This document shows positions 1 to 9,644 of a stretch of DNA of 64,000 nucleotides, piece by piece. Numbering within the stretch: position 1 is the stretch's first letter; each line of letters opens with the position of its first letter. The stretch spans positions 2,696,729 through 2,760,728 of the forward strand of contig NZ_OMOR01000001.1 in the NCBI RefSeq assembly GCF_900302465.1. The letters run 5' to 3'. The notes below the pieces were generated by a model. The model saw only the letters and a list, made by a program, of their open reading frames with translations. It was not told where the DNA came from and searched no databases. A program made the position numbers and the translations under genes. Origin of the DNA: Ascidiaceihabitans donghaensis. GTDB taxonomy: Bacteria > Pseudomonadota > Alphaproteobacteria > Rhodobacterales > Rhodobacteraceae.

Positions 1-177
1 CAACGCAAGGATTTGGATAATACACTGGCCGAAGCCGCCGCACTTGGTCTGGAACTGCCATCGACCCAAGCCGTCCGTGATCGCTTTGATCATTTTATTG
101 AACATATGGGGGGCGCTGATCTGGATCATTCGGGGCTTTATCTTGAACTTAAAGCACGCAATGGAATGCCATCATGA
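1..177 (+). CDS. 3' end of a beta-hydroxyacid dehydrogenase (HIBADH) family NAD(P)-dependent oxidoreductase, truncated by window edge
   Basis: Frame-1 translation ...LAEAAALGLELPSTQAVRDRFDHFIEHMGGADLDHSGLYLELKARNGMPS* resembles the C-terminal helical domain of 3-hydroxyisobutyrate/tartronate-semialdehyde reductase-type enzymes. The TGA stop at 175-177 overlaps the next ATG as ATGA. Confidence 0.5.
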   Translation, partial: QRKDLDNTLAEAAALGLELPSTQAVRDRFDHFIEHMGGADLDHSGLYLELKARNGMPS

Positions 178-1121
178 CGACTGTATTGATCTTGGGCGGC
201 GGCGGAATGATTGGCCAAAAACTGGCCCGCAGCCTTACGACATCTGATGTGACTTTGTTCGACATCGCCTTTCCACCTGATGGCGCACCGGAACAACAGA
301 TCACCGGCAACATTGCTGATCCTGCAAAGGTCCAAGCTTTGGCCGCGCGGCGACCGGATGTGATTTACCATCTCGCCGCCATCGTCTCGGGCCAAGCCGA
401 AACCGATTTCGAGATGGGTTGGGATATCAACATGATGGCTATGTGGCATCTGTTGAACGCATTGAAGGCAGAACATGACGCAAGCAACGGGACATATGTC
501 CCCAAAATTGTGTTCACCTCTTCCATCGCAGTTTTCGGGGCCCCCTTTCCCGAAAAGATCGACGATGATTTCCTGACGGCTCCACAAACAAGTTATGGTG
601 CCCAAAAGGCAGGATGCGAGCTGATGTTGTCGGACTTCAGCCGCAAAGGTTTTGTCGATGGGATTGCCCTGCGCTTGCCTACGATCTGCGTCCGTCCCGG
701 TGCCCCCAATGCGGCTGCGTCCGGATTCTTCTCGGGTATCATTCGCGAACCGTTAAACGGCGTGCAGGCCCCTTTGCCTGTTCCGGACACCGTGCGTCAT
801 TGGCATGCCTCGCCACGCGCGGCAGTCGGGTTCCTGCGCAAAGCGGCCCAGTTGGACACAGAGGTGTTGCAAGGACGCAGAGCATTGAATTTGCCCGGCA
901 TTTCAGTGACGGTTGCACAACAAATAGAAGCACTGCGGCGTGTGGCAGGACAGGATGCCGTAAAATTAATTCAACCGGCACCGGATGACGCAATCATGGG
1001 CATCGTACGTGGATGGCCGCAGGATTTCGCACCACAAAGGGCGCAGGCCTTGGGGTTTGAGGCCGAAGACAGTTTCGATGAGATTATAAAGGTCTACCTC
1101 GAGGACGATTTTCAAAAATAG
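174..1121 (+). CDS. NAD-dependent epimerase/dehydratase family (extended SDR) protein
   Basis: N-terminal Rossmann motif LILGGGGMIGQKL, and a length of 315 aa typical of extended SDRs. Start overlaps the upstream stop. Confidence 0.75.
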   Translation: MTTVLILGGGGMIGQKLARSLTTSDVTLFDIAFPPDGAPEQQITGNIADPAKVQALAARRPDVIYHLAAIVSGQAETDFEMGWDINMMAMWHLLNALKAEHDASNGTYVPKIVFTSSIAVFGAPFPEKIDDDFLTAPQTSYGAQKAGCELMLSDFSRKGFVDGIALRLPTICVRPGAPNAAASGFFSGIIREPLNGVQAPLPVPDTVRHWHASPRAAVGFLRKAAQLDTEVLQGRRALNLPGISVTVAQQIEALRRVAGQDAVKLIQPAPDDAIMGIVRGWPQDFAPQRAQALGFEAEDSFDEIIKVYLEDDFQK

Positions 1122-1319
1122 ACCGTAACCGTGCAAATCACTGGCCACCTCTGCGCCCCGGAACAATTTATGAACATCTGGTCCGAATTTGACGAAAAAT
1201 TAAACATGCCCGTGCAACAAAGCCTGTGAAATGCTGCTATTGAAGCGTTCCGGACAACACCGGAACATTTAGTGAACATCTAAAATGGATGCGCAGCACA
1301 AGCAGAAAGGCTGTGGCGC

Positions 1320-2816
1320 ATGTTGGCAATACTCGGCGACAACTCAAAGAATTTCATTACATCCAAAGCAACGGGGCAATCGCAAATCCATATCCGCGCC
1401 AAGGCAGGCGATGACGATGTAACACTCAGCTTTGACAACAACTTGTATGTGCCTGCCAAGCAGAATGAAGTGAACGCACACCATGTTTACGGAAGCTTCG
1501 GGCGCGACACATTTCGATTTGAAAACACAAGCAACGTCACCCAAAGCAACGCACGCGTTGTAGGGCGCATCGACGACTTTGACCCGTCCCAAGACCGGAT
1601 TGTGGTAGACGGACGAACGGTTGATCTGGCGAACCTGCCAAACAATGTGCGAATTGTAGCACATCAGGACCAACAATGGATCCTGATCAATGGCAACATC
1701 CTGTATGCCCTTGAAGGTGCGCGCCGCACAGGTCCGGATGCCGACAGCGAAGAACGCCATTTTATCGATTGGCCATCCGCATGGCTGAATGGCGTACCGT
1801 CTTCCGCAGATGTGCCTTGGGTGGACCCAACGAATTTTGTTCCCGCCTCTGCGTATGTGCCTGGTGCACGCCTGATTTACGGGACGCAACAGAACCCGAA
1901 AGGTTCGAACGGCGCAGATCATATCTTTGCGGAAAAGAACCCCGGACAGACAGATCAACTCATTAAAGGCAATGGCGGGGATGACGTGATTGATGCAGCG
2001 CAAGGTCATGACACCATCTATGGCGGTGACGGCCATGACCGTATTGCAGGTGGCACGGATCGCGATCTGGTCTTTGCCGGATCGGGGAACGACATTGTTT
2101 GGGGCGGCACCGAAAATGACATCCTGAAAGGGCAAAACGGCAATGACTATCTTTATGGCGGCAGTGGGCGGGATGACTTGTCCGGAGGATCGGGCAATGA
2201 CTTCACTTACGGGCAGGCCGGCAACGATGTGTTGTTCGGACGCGCCGGCAATGACCGCATGGCAGGCGGCGATGGCAACGACAGGCTTGTGGGCGGACAT
2301 GGCAACGACGTGATGCGCGGCGACAAAGGCAACGACAAGGTCTTTGGGCAAACGGGTGATGACACGGTGATCGGGGGCAATGGTGGGGACCTGTTGGATG
2401 GCGGCGCGGGACATGATCTGATCAACGGTGGTTCCGGCAATGACATCCTGTTTGGCGGTGATGGCAACGACCTTATGAACGGCAACAAGAACAACGACAG
2501 CCTAAGAGGAAATAAAGGTGCCGACACACTGATTGGTGGTGCAGGTGATGATGTTCTGCGTGGTGGGTTTGCGGCAGATACCTTCGTGTTTTCAACAGGT
2601 CACGGGCGGGACATCATTCGTGACTTTAAAGTAGATCAACGCGGCGAGGTCATCGACCTGTCGGCGGTGGGCAGCGTCAATCACTTTGCGGATCTGATGA
2701 ACAACCATATATCTCAAGGCGCAACCGGTGTTGTGATCGATACCGGCAGTGGCAATAGCATTCTGCTGCAAGGGGTCGGTTTGAACGAATTGGACCGTGA
2801 TGATTTTATCTTCTGA
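1320..2816 (+). CDS. RTX-type calcium-binding secreted protein (hemolysin-type Ca-binding nonapeptide repeats)
   Basis: About 20 tandem GGxGxDxUx-like repeats in the C-terminal two thirds, e.g. GNGGDDVID, GGDGHDRIAGG, GGSGNDF, GGAGDDVLRGG. Acidic C-terminus ending DRDDFIF, typical of T1SS substrates. Confidence 0.8.
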   Translation: MLAILGDNSKNFITSKATGQSQIHIRAKAGDDDVTLSFDNNLYVPAKQNEVNAHHVYGSFGRDTFRFENTSNVTQSNARVVGRIDDFDPSQDRIVVDGRTVDLANLPNNVRIVAHQDQQWILINGNILYALEGARRTGPDADSEERHFIDWPSAWLNGVPSSADVPWVDPTNFVPASAYVPGARLIYGTQQNPKGSNGADHIFAEKNPGQTDQLIKGNGGDDVIDAAQGHDTIYGGDGHDRIAGGTDRDLVFAGSGNDIVWGGTENDILKGQNGNDYLYGGSGRDDLSGGSGNDFTYGQAGNDVLFGRAGNDRMAGGDGNDRLVGGHGNDVMRGDKGNDKVFGQTGDDTVIGGNGGDLLDGGAGHDLINGGSGNDILFGGDGNDLMNGNKNNDSLRGNKGADTLIGGAGDDVLRGGFAADTFVFSTGHGRDIIRDFKVDQRGEVIDLSAVGSVNHFADLMNNHISQGATGVVIDTGSGNSILLQGVGLNELDRDDFIF

Positions 2817-2831
2817 CGCGTGGTCTGCGGG

Positions 2832-3494
2832 TCAGTGTTTTGCGTCCTCACCCAATGTTTCGCCAGTCAGATGGCGCGCCAGATGATCGTGAATTTTCTG
2901 TCGTGTCAGGGCCTCGTCCCCTGACAAGGCGGCGGCCAAAATTTCCTGATGATGTTCGATGTTTTTCGAAATGAACCCGAACGACCGGTCCGCCACCATC
3001 AACTGCTGTCGAAACCGGCCATAGACGTTGGCATGCAGGTCTTTCAATGTGACCGACCCACAAGCAGAAATCAGGGTTTCGTGAAATTCGCGTTCTGCGT
3101 CAAACCAGATACCTTCAAAAGCACCTGTGTCATCGGCGGCATGGATGCGCCGTTCAATGTGGCTCAACTGGTGATGTGCTGCGGTTAGACGGGCTTCCCA
3201 TGCGACGCCACCGTTACGAATTGACAAAACCGTGCCTTCGCCTTCCAGCAACACACGCATGTGCGTCAATTCCGCAAGAACACCTTTCGACCGTTCAGGC
3301 ACTCGAAATCCGCGCTGGTCCTGAAAGGTCACCAAGCCTTGAATGGACAGCCGGAACAATGCTTCGCGGATCGTAGAGGCAGAGCATCCGTATTCGGCAC
3401 GCAGATGTTCCGCCTTAAGTTTCGCACCGTGCACAAAGCCGTTGGCGATCAGACGGTGGCGTAAAGCGTCATAAATATCAATATCTTGCGTCAT
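2832..3494 (-). CDS. GntR-family transcriptional regulator with FCD-type C-terminal domain
   Basis: N-terminal wHTH LRAEYGCSASTIREALFRLSIQGLV, and a ~220-aa length with helical C-domain typical of the FadR/FCD subfamily. Divergent from the TRAP/uronate operon. Confidence 0.85.
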   Translation of the reverse strand: MTQDIDIYDALRHRLIANGFVHGAKLKAEHLRAEYGCSASTIREALFRLSIQGLVTFQDQRGFRVPERSKGVLAELTHMRVLLEGEGTVLSIRNGGVAWEARLTAAHHQLSHIERRIHAADDTGAFEGIWFDAEREFHETLISACGSVTLKDLHANVYGRFRQQLMVADRSFGFISKNIEHHQEILAAALSGDEALTRQKIHDHLARHLTGETLGEDAKH

Positions 3495-3679
3495 ATCCCC
3501 ACCTTCCGTCCATCTTTACAGTAGCATCAGAATTTCAACAATATATAAAAATCTCGAAATTTTTGGTAAATTTAGTTTTTTCTTGGCAGACAGAGATTCA
3601 GTCTCTACCGTTCTGTTAGCGTGACTCGGAATGGGCATCAAAAGCCCGACTTATGACGCTCTACGTCTGGGAGGACAAA

Positions 3680-4702
3680 ATGAAACTATTCAAAACTGCG
3701 GCCACCTTGGCCGTCGCTGCGGCCTTGACCGCAACAACGGCGTTGACCGCCACTGCGCAGACGACAAGCCTGCGCATCCAAACGCATTTTTCGCCTGAAA
3801 CACTATCTGGCAAAATGGCCAAAAAATTCGTGGACGATGTGCAAACAATGTCCAACGGCGAAATCCAGATCGAGATGTTCTATTCCTCGTCTGTTGTAAA
3901 ATCCGTCGAAACCTTTGATGCCGCTGCAACTGGCATTCTGGATTGCGACATGACCGGTGGTGCATACCAGACCGGTAAAAACCCCGCCTTTCAATTCGCA
4001 GGCGACCTGATGGGCGGCTACCAGAACCCCTATCAGCAAATGGCATGGCTGTTGCACGGTGATGGCCGCGCGGCATTGAACGGTTTGTACAACGGCTATG
4101 ACATGGAATTCATCGGCTGGTGGATCCCCGGCCCTGAATCGCTGGCGTCCACAAAACCCATTCGCAGCGTCGGTGACTTCAAGGACTGGAAATTCCGCTC
4201 CCCCCCCGGCTTGGCCACCAAAGTGTTCGCCAACCTGGGCGCTTCGCCAATTGTGATGGACTTCAACGAAATCTTCACGGCTCTTGAAACAGGTATTATT
4301 GACGGCGCAGACGCGGCGAACCTGACCAACAACGTGGGCTTGGGTCTGTACGACATCGCCGAACACACAAACTTCCCCGGCTTCCACTCTATGCCTGCTG
4401 ACCACTTGGCATGCCGCAAGGACGTTTGGGATGCGATGCCTGCGCACCACAAAAAAATCATGGAAGTCGGCATGGACAGCTTGGCCTTGCACAACGCAAC
4501 CAAGAACGAAGTCCAAAATGCACAGACCGCAAAGGACCTGCGCGCCAAAGGTGTGAACCTGTACGAATGGACGCCCGAGGACCTGCAAGTCTATCGTGAT
4601 GCGGTTCAGAAAGGCTGGACAGAATTTGCCACCACGCCTGAAGCCAAAGCATTGTTGGAAAGCCACATCGCCTTCCTTAAAGACATGGGCGCCATGAAGT
4701 AA
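3680..4702 (+). CDS. dctP: TRAP transporter substrate-binding protein (DctP family)
   Basis: Signal peptide MKLFKTAATLAVAAALTATTALTA followed by a DctP-like body. An RBS-like GGGAGGA lies upstream of the ATG at 3680; the ORF-track start at 3653 is probably too early. Confidence 0.85.
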   Translation: MKLFKTAATLAVAAALTATTALTATAQTTSLRIQTHFSPETLSGKMAKKFVDDVQTMSNGEIQIEMFYSSSVVKSVETFDAAATGILDCDMTGGAYQTGKNPAFQFAGDLMGGYQNPYQQMAWLLHGDGRAALNGLYNGYDMEFIGWWIPGPESLASTKPIRSVGDFKDWKFRSPPGLATKVFANLGASPIVMDFNEIFTALETGIIDGADAANLTNNVGLGLYDIAEHTNFPGFHSMPADHLACRKDVWDAMPAHHKKIMEVGMDSLALHNATKNEVQNAQTAKDLRAKGVNLYEWTPEDLQVYRDAVQKGWTEFATTPEAKALLESHIAFLKDMGAMK

Positions 4703-4783
4703 GCCTTTCTTGGCAAACAAGAAAACTGGCGGCAGGGCTTTGCAAAAGGTCCTGCCGTTTTCCCTAAAAGAGCTGCCATTTCG

Positions 4784-5953
4784 ATGAAAATCACCCGCGT
4801 CACATCCCACGTCTTGCGCTACGACATGCCCGAACGTCTGGGGTATTCGCAGCAGTATTACGCCCAGCGCACGGCCCATTTGATAGAGGTCGAGACCGAC
4901 GACGGCGTGACCGGTTGGGGTGAATGCTTTGGTCCCGGCACCATCGCTTTGGCCAACAAGGCCATCGTTGAGCGTGTCATTGCCCCTATGATTGTGGGGA
5001 TGGATCCGATGGACCGCGATGTCATTTGGCACAAAGTTTACAACCTGATGCGCGACCACGGCCAAAAAGGTATGCCGTTGCAGTCTTTGTCAGGCGTGGA
5101 CATTGCCCTTTGGGACATCGCGGGCAAAGTCGTAAATCTGCCTTTGCACAAATTGATCGGCGGGGCGCACCGCACGTCTGTCCCGTGCTACGGCTACGGC
5201 ATGATGTTGCGCGAAGAATCCGTGGCCGCCCTTGCTGACCGTTTCACCGACGAAGCCGCCGCCATCAAGGATGCAGGCTTTGCCGCCACAAAAATGAAAG
5301 TGGGTTTTGGCCCCAAACCCGACGTGCGCCTGTGCGAGGCTGTACGCAAAGGCATTGGCGACGATTTCAGGTTCATGGTAGATGCCAACCACGCCTACAC
5401 GACCTCCGATGCATTTTATGTGGGCCGTGCGCTCGAAGAGCTAGACGCCTATTGGTTTGAAGAACCCATCGCCCCCGAGGATCTGGATGGATACCGCGAA
5501 TTACGCGCGGGCTTAAGCGTCAACATTTCAGGCGGTGAAGCCGAATTCAACCGCTGGGGCTGGCGTGCCATTTTGGAAAACCGCGGTCTCGACATTGCCC
5601 AACCCGAAGTCTGCGCCTTGGGCGGCGTGTCTGAATATTTGCGGGTCTTGGCTCTGTGTCATGCCCATTTCACGCCAGTCATCAACCACGTCTGGGGCAG
5701 CGCCATCGCCGTGGCCACCAATTTGCAATTGCTGGCTGCGATGCCCCCCCTGCCCGGAGGCTTGCATCCGTGGGAACCGATGTTGGAATTCGACACAACC
5801 GACAACAAATTCCGCGACCAATTACTTACCCAACCTTTGGACATTCAGGGCCAGGTGAAAGCCAATGCAGGGCGCGTGGCGATCCCGGGTGGCCCGGGCA
5901 TCGGCGTCCAACCGGATCGTGAATTTATCAAACACTACACATGGGATGCGTAA
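4784..5953 (+). CDS. Enolase-superfamily enzyme (mandelate racemase/muconate lactonizing family; probable acid-sugar dehydratase/cycloisomerase)
   Basis: N-terminal capping domain then a TIM-barrel with Mg ligands spaced as in the MR/MLE family (KVG...DANHAYT...EEP). Substrate not assignable. Confidence 0.8.
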   Translation: MKITRVTSHVLRYDMPERLGYSQQYYAQRTAHLIEVETDDGVTGWGECFGPGTIALANKAIVERVIAPMIVGMDPMDRDVIWHKVYNLMRDHGQKGMPLQSLSGVDIALWDIAGKVVNLPLHKLIGGAHRTSVPCYGYGMMLREESVAALADRFTDEAAAIKDAGFAATKMKVGFGPKPDVRLCEAVRKGIGDDFRFMVDANHAYTTSDAFYVGRALEELDAYWFEEPIAPEDLDGYRELRAGLSVNISGGEAEFNRWGWRAILENRGLDIAQPEVCALGGVSEYLRVLALCHAHFTPVINHVWGSAIAVATNLQLLAAMPPLPGGLHPWEPMLEFDTTDNKFRDQLLTQPLDIQGQVKANAGRVAIPGGPGIGVQPDREFIKHYTWDA

Positions 5954-5992
5954 TCCGGTGATACGCAATACACCCGTGGAAGGGGGACCAAC

Positions 5993-6865
5993 ATGACACA
6001 GTCAAGGGCACAGGCCAACAAACGCGCCATGAAGTCAGGGTCGCTCTGGGAATGGTTAATCCCTTTTGCCTTCTTTTTCTGCATATCTTTCATTGTCTGG
6101 CAGTTGCCTGCCTTCTTTCTGGATTGGATCCCACCACAAAATGAATCGCTATACGGCCAGATCGATGCGCTGTTCGCCTTGTACGATATTGTCGATGCAG
6201 GCAGCTTGTTTGGCGGGCATATCGACATTGTCGATATGACGGCTTTGATCCTCATCCCTGTGTTTGGCGTCTTGGGTGTCATGACTGTCCGCCGCGCTTC
6301 GATCGAAAATGAAACGGTCCGTGCGATCGACAAGATCGCAATCTTTCTGGGCCGCGTCACCATGATGATGATCCTGACGCTGACAATCGTCATGCTGTAC
6401 GAGGTGTTTGTGCGCTACGTCGTTGAACGCCCGACGCTTTGGGCCAATGAAACCACCCTTTGGATTGCCAGCTTTGTGTTTTTGCTGGCCGGTCTTTACG
6501 CCATGCAGCAACGCAGCCACATCCGCATTGTCTTGTTGTATGATGCGGTGCCACGCAATGTGCAGCGTGTGTTCGACACCATTTCCACAATCCTTATCCT
6601 TGTCTTTGCAGCGGCAACCGTCTTTGGCAGCTACAAATACGTCTTCTTTAACAAGCTGTACAAATGGGAGCTGTATGGATCGGCCTTCAACCCGCCGATC
6701 CCTGCCACCTTGCAGCCCATGGTTTTGATCGTCATCACGTTGGTCGCCATCCAAGCCGTCATCAATCTGATTTCTGACTGGAATCTGGACCCCGAAGTCC
6801 TGCGCACCCCCGAGGTCGATCTGGACGAAATCGAAGCCATCAAAAAATCATTGGGTGAAAAATAA
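5993..6865 (+). CDS. dctQ: TRAP transporter small permease (DctQ family) with N-terminal extension
   Basis: C-terminal ~180 aa with four TM segments typical of DctQ, preceded by ~100 extra residues including a hydrophobic segment (LWEWLIPFAFFFCISFIVWQLPAFF). Confidence 0.75.
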   Translation: MTQSRAQANKRAMKSGSLWEWLIPFAFFFCISFIVWQLPAFFLDWIPPQNESLYGQIDALFALYDIVDAGSLFGGHIDIVDMTALILIPVFGVLGVMTVRRASIENETVRAIDKIAIFLGRVTMMMILTLTIVMLYEVFVRYVVERPTLWANETTLWIASFVFLLAGLYAMQQRSHIRIVLLYDAVPRNVQRVFDTISTILILVFAAATVFGSYKYVFFNKLYKWELYGSAFNPPIPATLQPMVLIVITLVAIQAVINLISDWNLDPEVLRTPEVDLDEIEAIKKSLGEK

Positions 6866-8670
6866 TGGATATCGGTACGATTTCACTGATCTTGATGGTC
6901 GCATTGATAGCCCTTTTGGCGATTGGTATGCCCTTGGGTTTTGCGTCGGCTGTGCTGGCTGTTCTGGTGCTGGTTCTGCGCTTTGAACCAGACCTGATCC
7001 TGGCCCCATGGACCTTCGGGGACGGCATGCTGACCGCCAAGCCCGGTTCGGGCGCGTTGAATTTGCTTCAGAATAAAATTTACGGGCTGCTGACCGACTA
7101 TGTTCTGATTTCCATTCCGCTTTTCATCTTTATGGCCGCTTTGCTGGAACGCTCAGGCGTTGCCAAAACCATGTATGACAGCTTGTCGATGTGGCTGAAC
7201 AGAACACGCGGCGGCATCGCCATTGTCACTTCGATCATGGCGGTAATTATGGCCGCAATGTCAGGCATCATTGGCGGCGAAGTCGTGTTGCTGGGCTTGA
7301 TCGCGTTGCCGCAAATGCTGCGTCTTGGCTACAACCAGAACCTCGCCATCGGGGTCATTTGCGCATCTGGATCGCTGGGCACGATGATCCCGCCGTCCAT
7401 TGTGTTGATCATCTACGGGCTTATCACCGAAACGTCGATCAAGGCGTTGTTCACGGCGTCTTTCCTGCCGGGCTTTATGCTGGCGTCGTTTATCATTCTC
7501 TACATTGTCATCCGCACACAACTGCGCCCCGAAGACGCGCCCTTGCCAGATCCCGAACCGGACGATCCGGTCGGCCGCGAAAAGGCGGGCTTGTTTCTCG
7601 CACTTTTGAACCTTTTGGTCGTGGCGGGCACAGCCCTGCTGTGCCTGCGGGCCGGATATATCGAATTTTCCGGACAGAACGCCGCCAACGACGGAGATGC
7701 CTACTCCTTGGCCTCGCTTTGGCATTTCTACATGTTGGGAACCCTGTCGCTGATCAGCTTGGCAGCCGTATTCTTTGTGTTCGGCAAAGACAGATCCGCG
7801 CGGTCCTGGGCACTTGGCAAGGGTTTGGTGCCACCGATTATTGTGATCGGCGTGGTTTTGGGGTCAATCTATGGCGGCATCACAGGCATCACAGAAGCCG
7901 CGGGCATGGGCGCTTTGGCGGTCTTTATGATCGCTGTGCTTTTGCATTACACCACCCAAGAATGGATTGATCTGGTGCGCAGTCGCGCTTCGCGCATTGC
8001 CATGACCGTAGGCTTTGTCATTGCCTTGTGTATCTTCATTCCGATGGTCTTCTTTCCAACGACAGAACTTGTTGGCGAAATCCGCTTCGCCATTTTGTTT
8101 GTCGCGATTTTCGGTGCTATTTTGCGGATTGAAGAGATGCGTGATCTTCTGTGGGACGCTTTGGTACGGACGCTGAAATCCACAGGCACAATCATCTGGG
8201 TCACAATTGGTGCGGCCGCTTTGGCCGGAGCTTACACTGTTGCTGGCGGCCCAAATTACATCGCGAACCTGATCATCGGGGCCGACTTGCCGACTATGGG
8301 CATTATCCTGACGATGATGCTGATTTTGCTGTTTATGGGGGCCTTTATGGACTGGGTCGGCATCGTGCTGCTGATTATTCCGGTGTTCTTGCCCATTGTT
8401 TTGCGCTTGCCCATCGAGGAAATCGGCGTCTTCGGCCAGCTTGAACCACAACATGTGGCGATCTGGTTCGGGGTCGTGTTCTGCATGAACATGCAAGTCA
8501 GCTTCTTGTCGCCGCCGTTTGGGCCCGCCGCGTTCTACCTTAAATCCGTGGCCCCGCCCCACATCAGCCTCACCGATATTTTCAAAGGCTTTTTACCTTT
8601 CATAGCCATCCAATTGTGCGCATTGACAGTATTGCTGCTGTACCCGCCAATCATCGCGATTTTGCTGTAG
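6865..8670 (+). CDS. dctM: TRAP transporter large permease (DctM family)
   Basis: 601-aa polytopic membrane protein immediately after dctQ, with start overlapping the dctQ stop. Typical DctM hydrophobic profile. Confidence 0.9.
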   Translation: MDIGTISLILMVALIALLAIGMPLGFASAVLAVLVLVLRFEPDLILAPWTFGDGMLTAKPGSGALNLLQNKIYGLLTDYVLISIPLFIFMAALLERSGVAKTMYDSLSMWLNRTRGGIAIVTSIMAVIMAAMSGIIGGEVVLLGLIALPQMLRLGYNQNLAIGVICASGSLGTMIPPSIVLIIYGLITETSIKALFTASFLPGFMLASFIILYIVIRTQLRPEDAPLPDPEPDDPVGREKAGLFLALLNLLVVAGTALLCLRAGYIEFSGQNAANDGDAYSLASLWHFYMLGTLSLISLAAVFFVFGKDRSARSWALGKGLVPPIIVIGVVLGSIYGGITGITEAAGMGALAVFMIAVLLHYTTQEWIDLVRSRASRIAMTVGFVIALCIFIPMVFFPTTELVGEIRFAILFVAIFGAILRIEEMRDLLWDALVRTLKSTGTIIWVTIGAAALAGAYTVAGGPNYIANLIIGADLPTMGIILTMMLILLFMGAFMDWVGIVLLIIPVFLPIVLRLPIEEIGVFGQLEPQHVAIWFGVVFCMNMQVSFLSPPFGPAAFYLKSVAPPHISLTDIFKGFLPFIAIQLCALTVLLLYPPIIAILL

Positions 8671-8681
8671 GAGCAGCCGAT

Positions 8682-9629
8682 ATGCTAACACCCGCGCAAC
8701 TTCAGCAGTTTGAGACCCAAGGGTATGTGGTTGTCGAAGACCTTTTGCCTGCGGATGTGCTTGAGGCGGTGAAAGTCGAATATGCGGCCCTTCTGGATGA
8801 CCTGTACGCGCAGTGGCACAAGCAGGGCCTGGTGCCCGCATCTGAAAACCTTGATTTTTGGGGCAAACTGCTCGCGGCTTATCACGCGCGCTGCGATTAT
8901 TTTCAGCCGATGGACATATCTTTGCCCGGTGACCAAATCGCAGCAGACACACCGTTTCACTTTGGACCGGCCATCTTCGATATGCTGACTGCAGGTCCAC
9001 TTTTGGACGCGATGGAGCAGCTGATCGGCCCCGAAATCACATCCAACCCCATTCAGCATGTGCGTATCAAACCCCCGGCAACAGCGTTACAAAATGGCGA
9101 AATTCGCCCCCATATCACGGCAACGGAATGGCATCAGGACCGCGCGGTGGCACTGGAAGACGCAGATGCGACGCAGATGGTGACTGTTTGGCTTGCGATC
9201 ACCGATGCCACGGTCGAAAACGGCTGTTTGCAAGTGCAGCCGCAGGTTCCTGATCAAACGATACTGCCACATTGCCCGCGCACACAGACGGGCATCGCCG
9301 ACGGTTTCATAGATGCAGCCGGCGCCATGCCTTTGCCCGTCAAAGCAGGTGGGGCCGTCTTGTTTCATCCCCTGACGCCGCATGGATCTTTGCCCAATAC
9401 CACAGACGGGTTTCGCTGGTCCTTTGACATCCGGTTTCATAAAACGGGTCAACCGTCAGGGCGTCAGCATTTCCCGGAATTTGTGGCGCGGTCGCGCAGC
9501 AATCCTGCATTGGAACTGCGCGACTGGCAGACTTACAAATCCTTGTGGGAAGACGCCCGCGCCCGCCTTGCGACGCAACCACACACTCCGATCCACCGCT
9601 GGCAATCAGACGCGCCATATTGTGCGTGA
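8682..9629 (+). CDS. Phytanoyl-CoA dioxygenase (PhyH) family Fe(II)/2-oxoglutarate-dependent oxygenase
   Basis: N-terminus LTPAQLQQFETQGYVVVEDLLPADVL is typical of the PhyH family. H-x-D...H facial triad candidates (WHQD ... HGSLPN). An ATG at 8682 with an upstream GGAGCAG is preferred over the ORF-track start inside dctM. Confidence 0.7.
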   Translation: MLTPAQLQQFETQGYVVVEDLLPADVLEAVKVEYAALLDDLYAQWHKQGLVPASENLDFWGKLLAAYHARCDYFQPMDISLPGDQIAADTPFHFGPAIFDMLTAGPLLDAMEQLIGPEITSNPIQHVRIKPPATALQNGEIRPHITATEWHQDRAVALEDADATQMVTVWLAITDATVENGCLQVQPQVPDQTILPHCPRTQTGIADGFIDAAGAMPLPVKAGGAVLFHPLTPHGSLPNTTDGFRWSFDIRFHKTGQPSGRQHFPEFVARSRSNPALELRDWQTYKSLWEDARARLATQPHTPIHRWQSDAPYCA

Positions 9630-9644
9630 ACTTTAGGAATTCCT

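Noticed and set aside
1344-2414. 356-aa minus-strand ORF antisense to the RTX gene, and similar long antisense ORFs (e.g. 3803-5065, 7191-7970, 9633-10562, 26546-27412, 53123-53866, 43655-44572)
   Set aside because: Typical stop-codon-poor alternative frames of GC-rich coding DNA. They have low-complexity Arg/Pro/His-rich translations and lie entirely inside well-supported genes.
1900-2600. Repetitive DNA in the RTX gene considered as a possible CRISPR or tandem-repeat array
   Set aside because: The repeats are in-frame degenerate 27-nt codon repeats encoding GGxGxDxUx. No uniform direct repeats with unique spacers.
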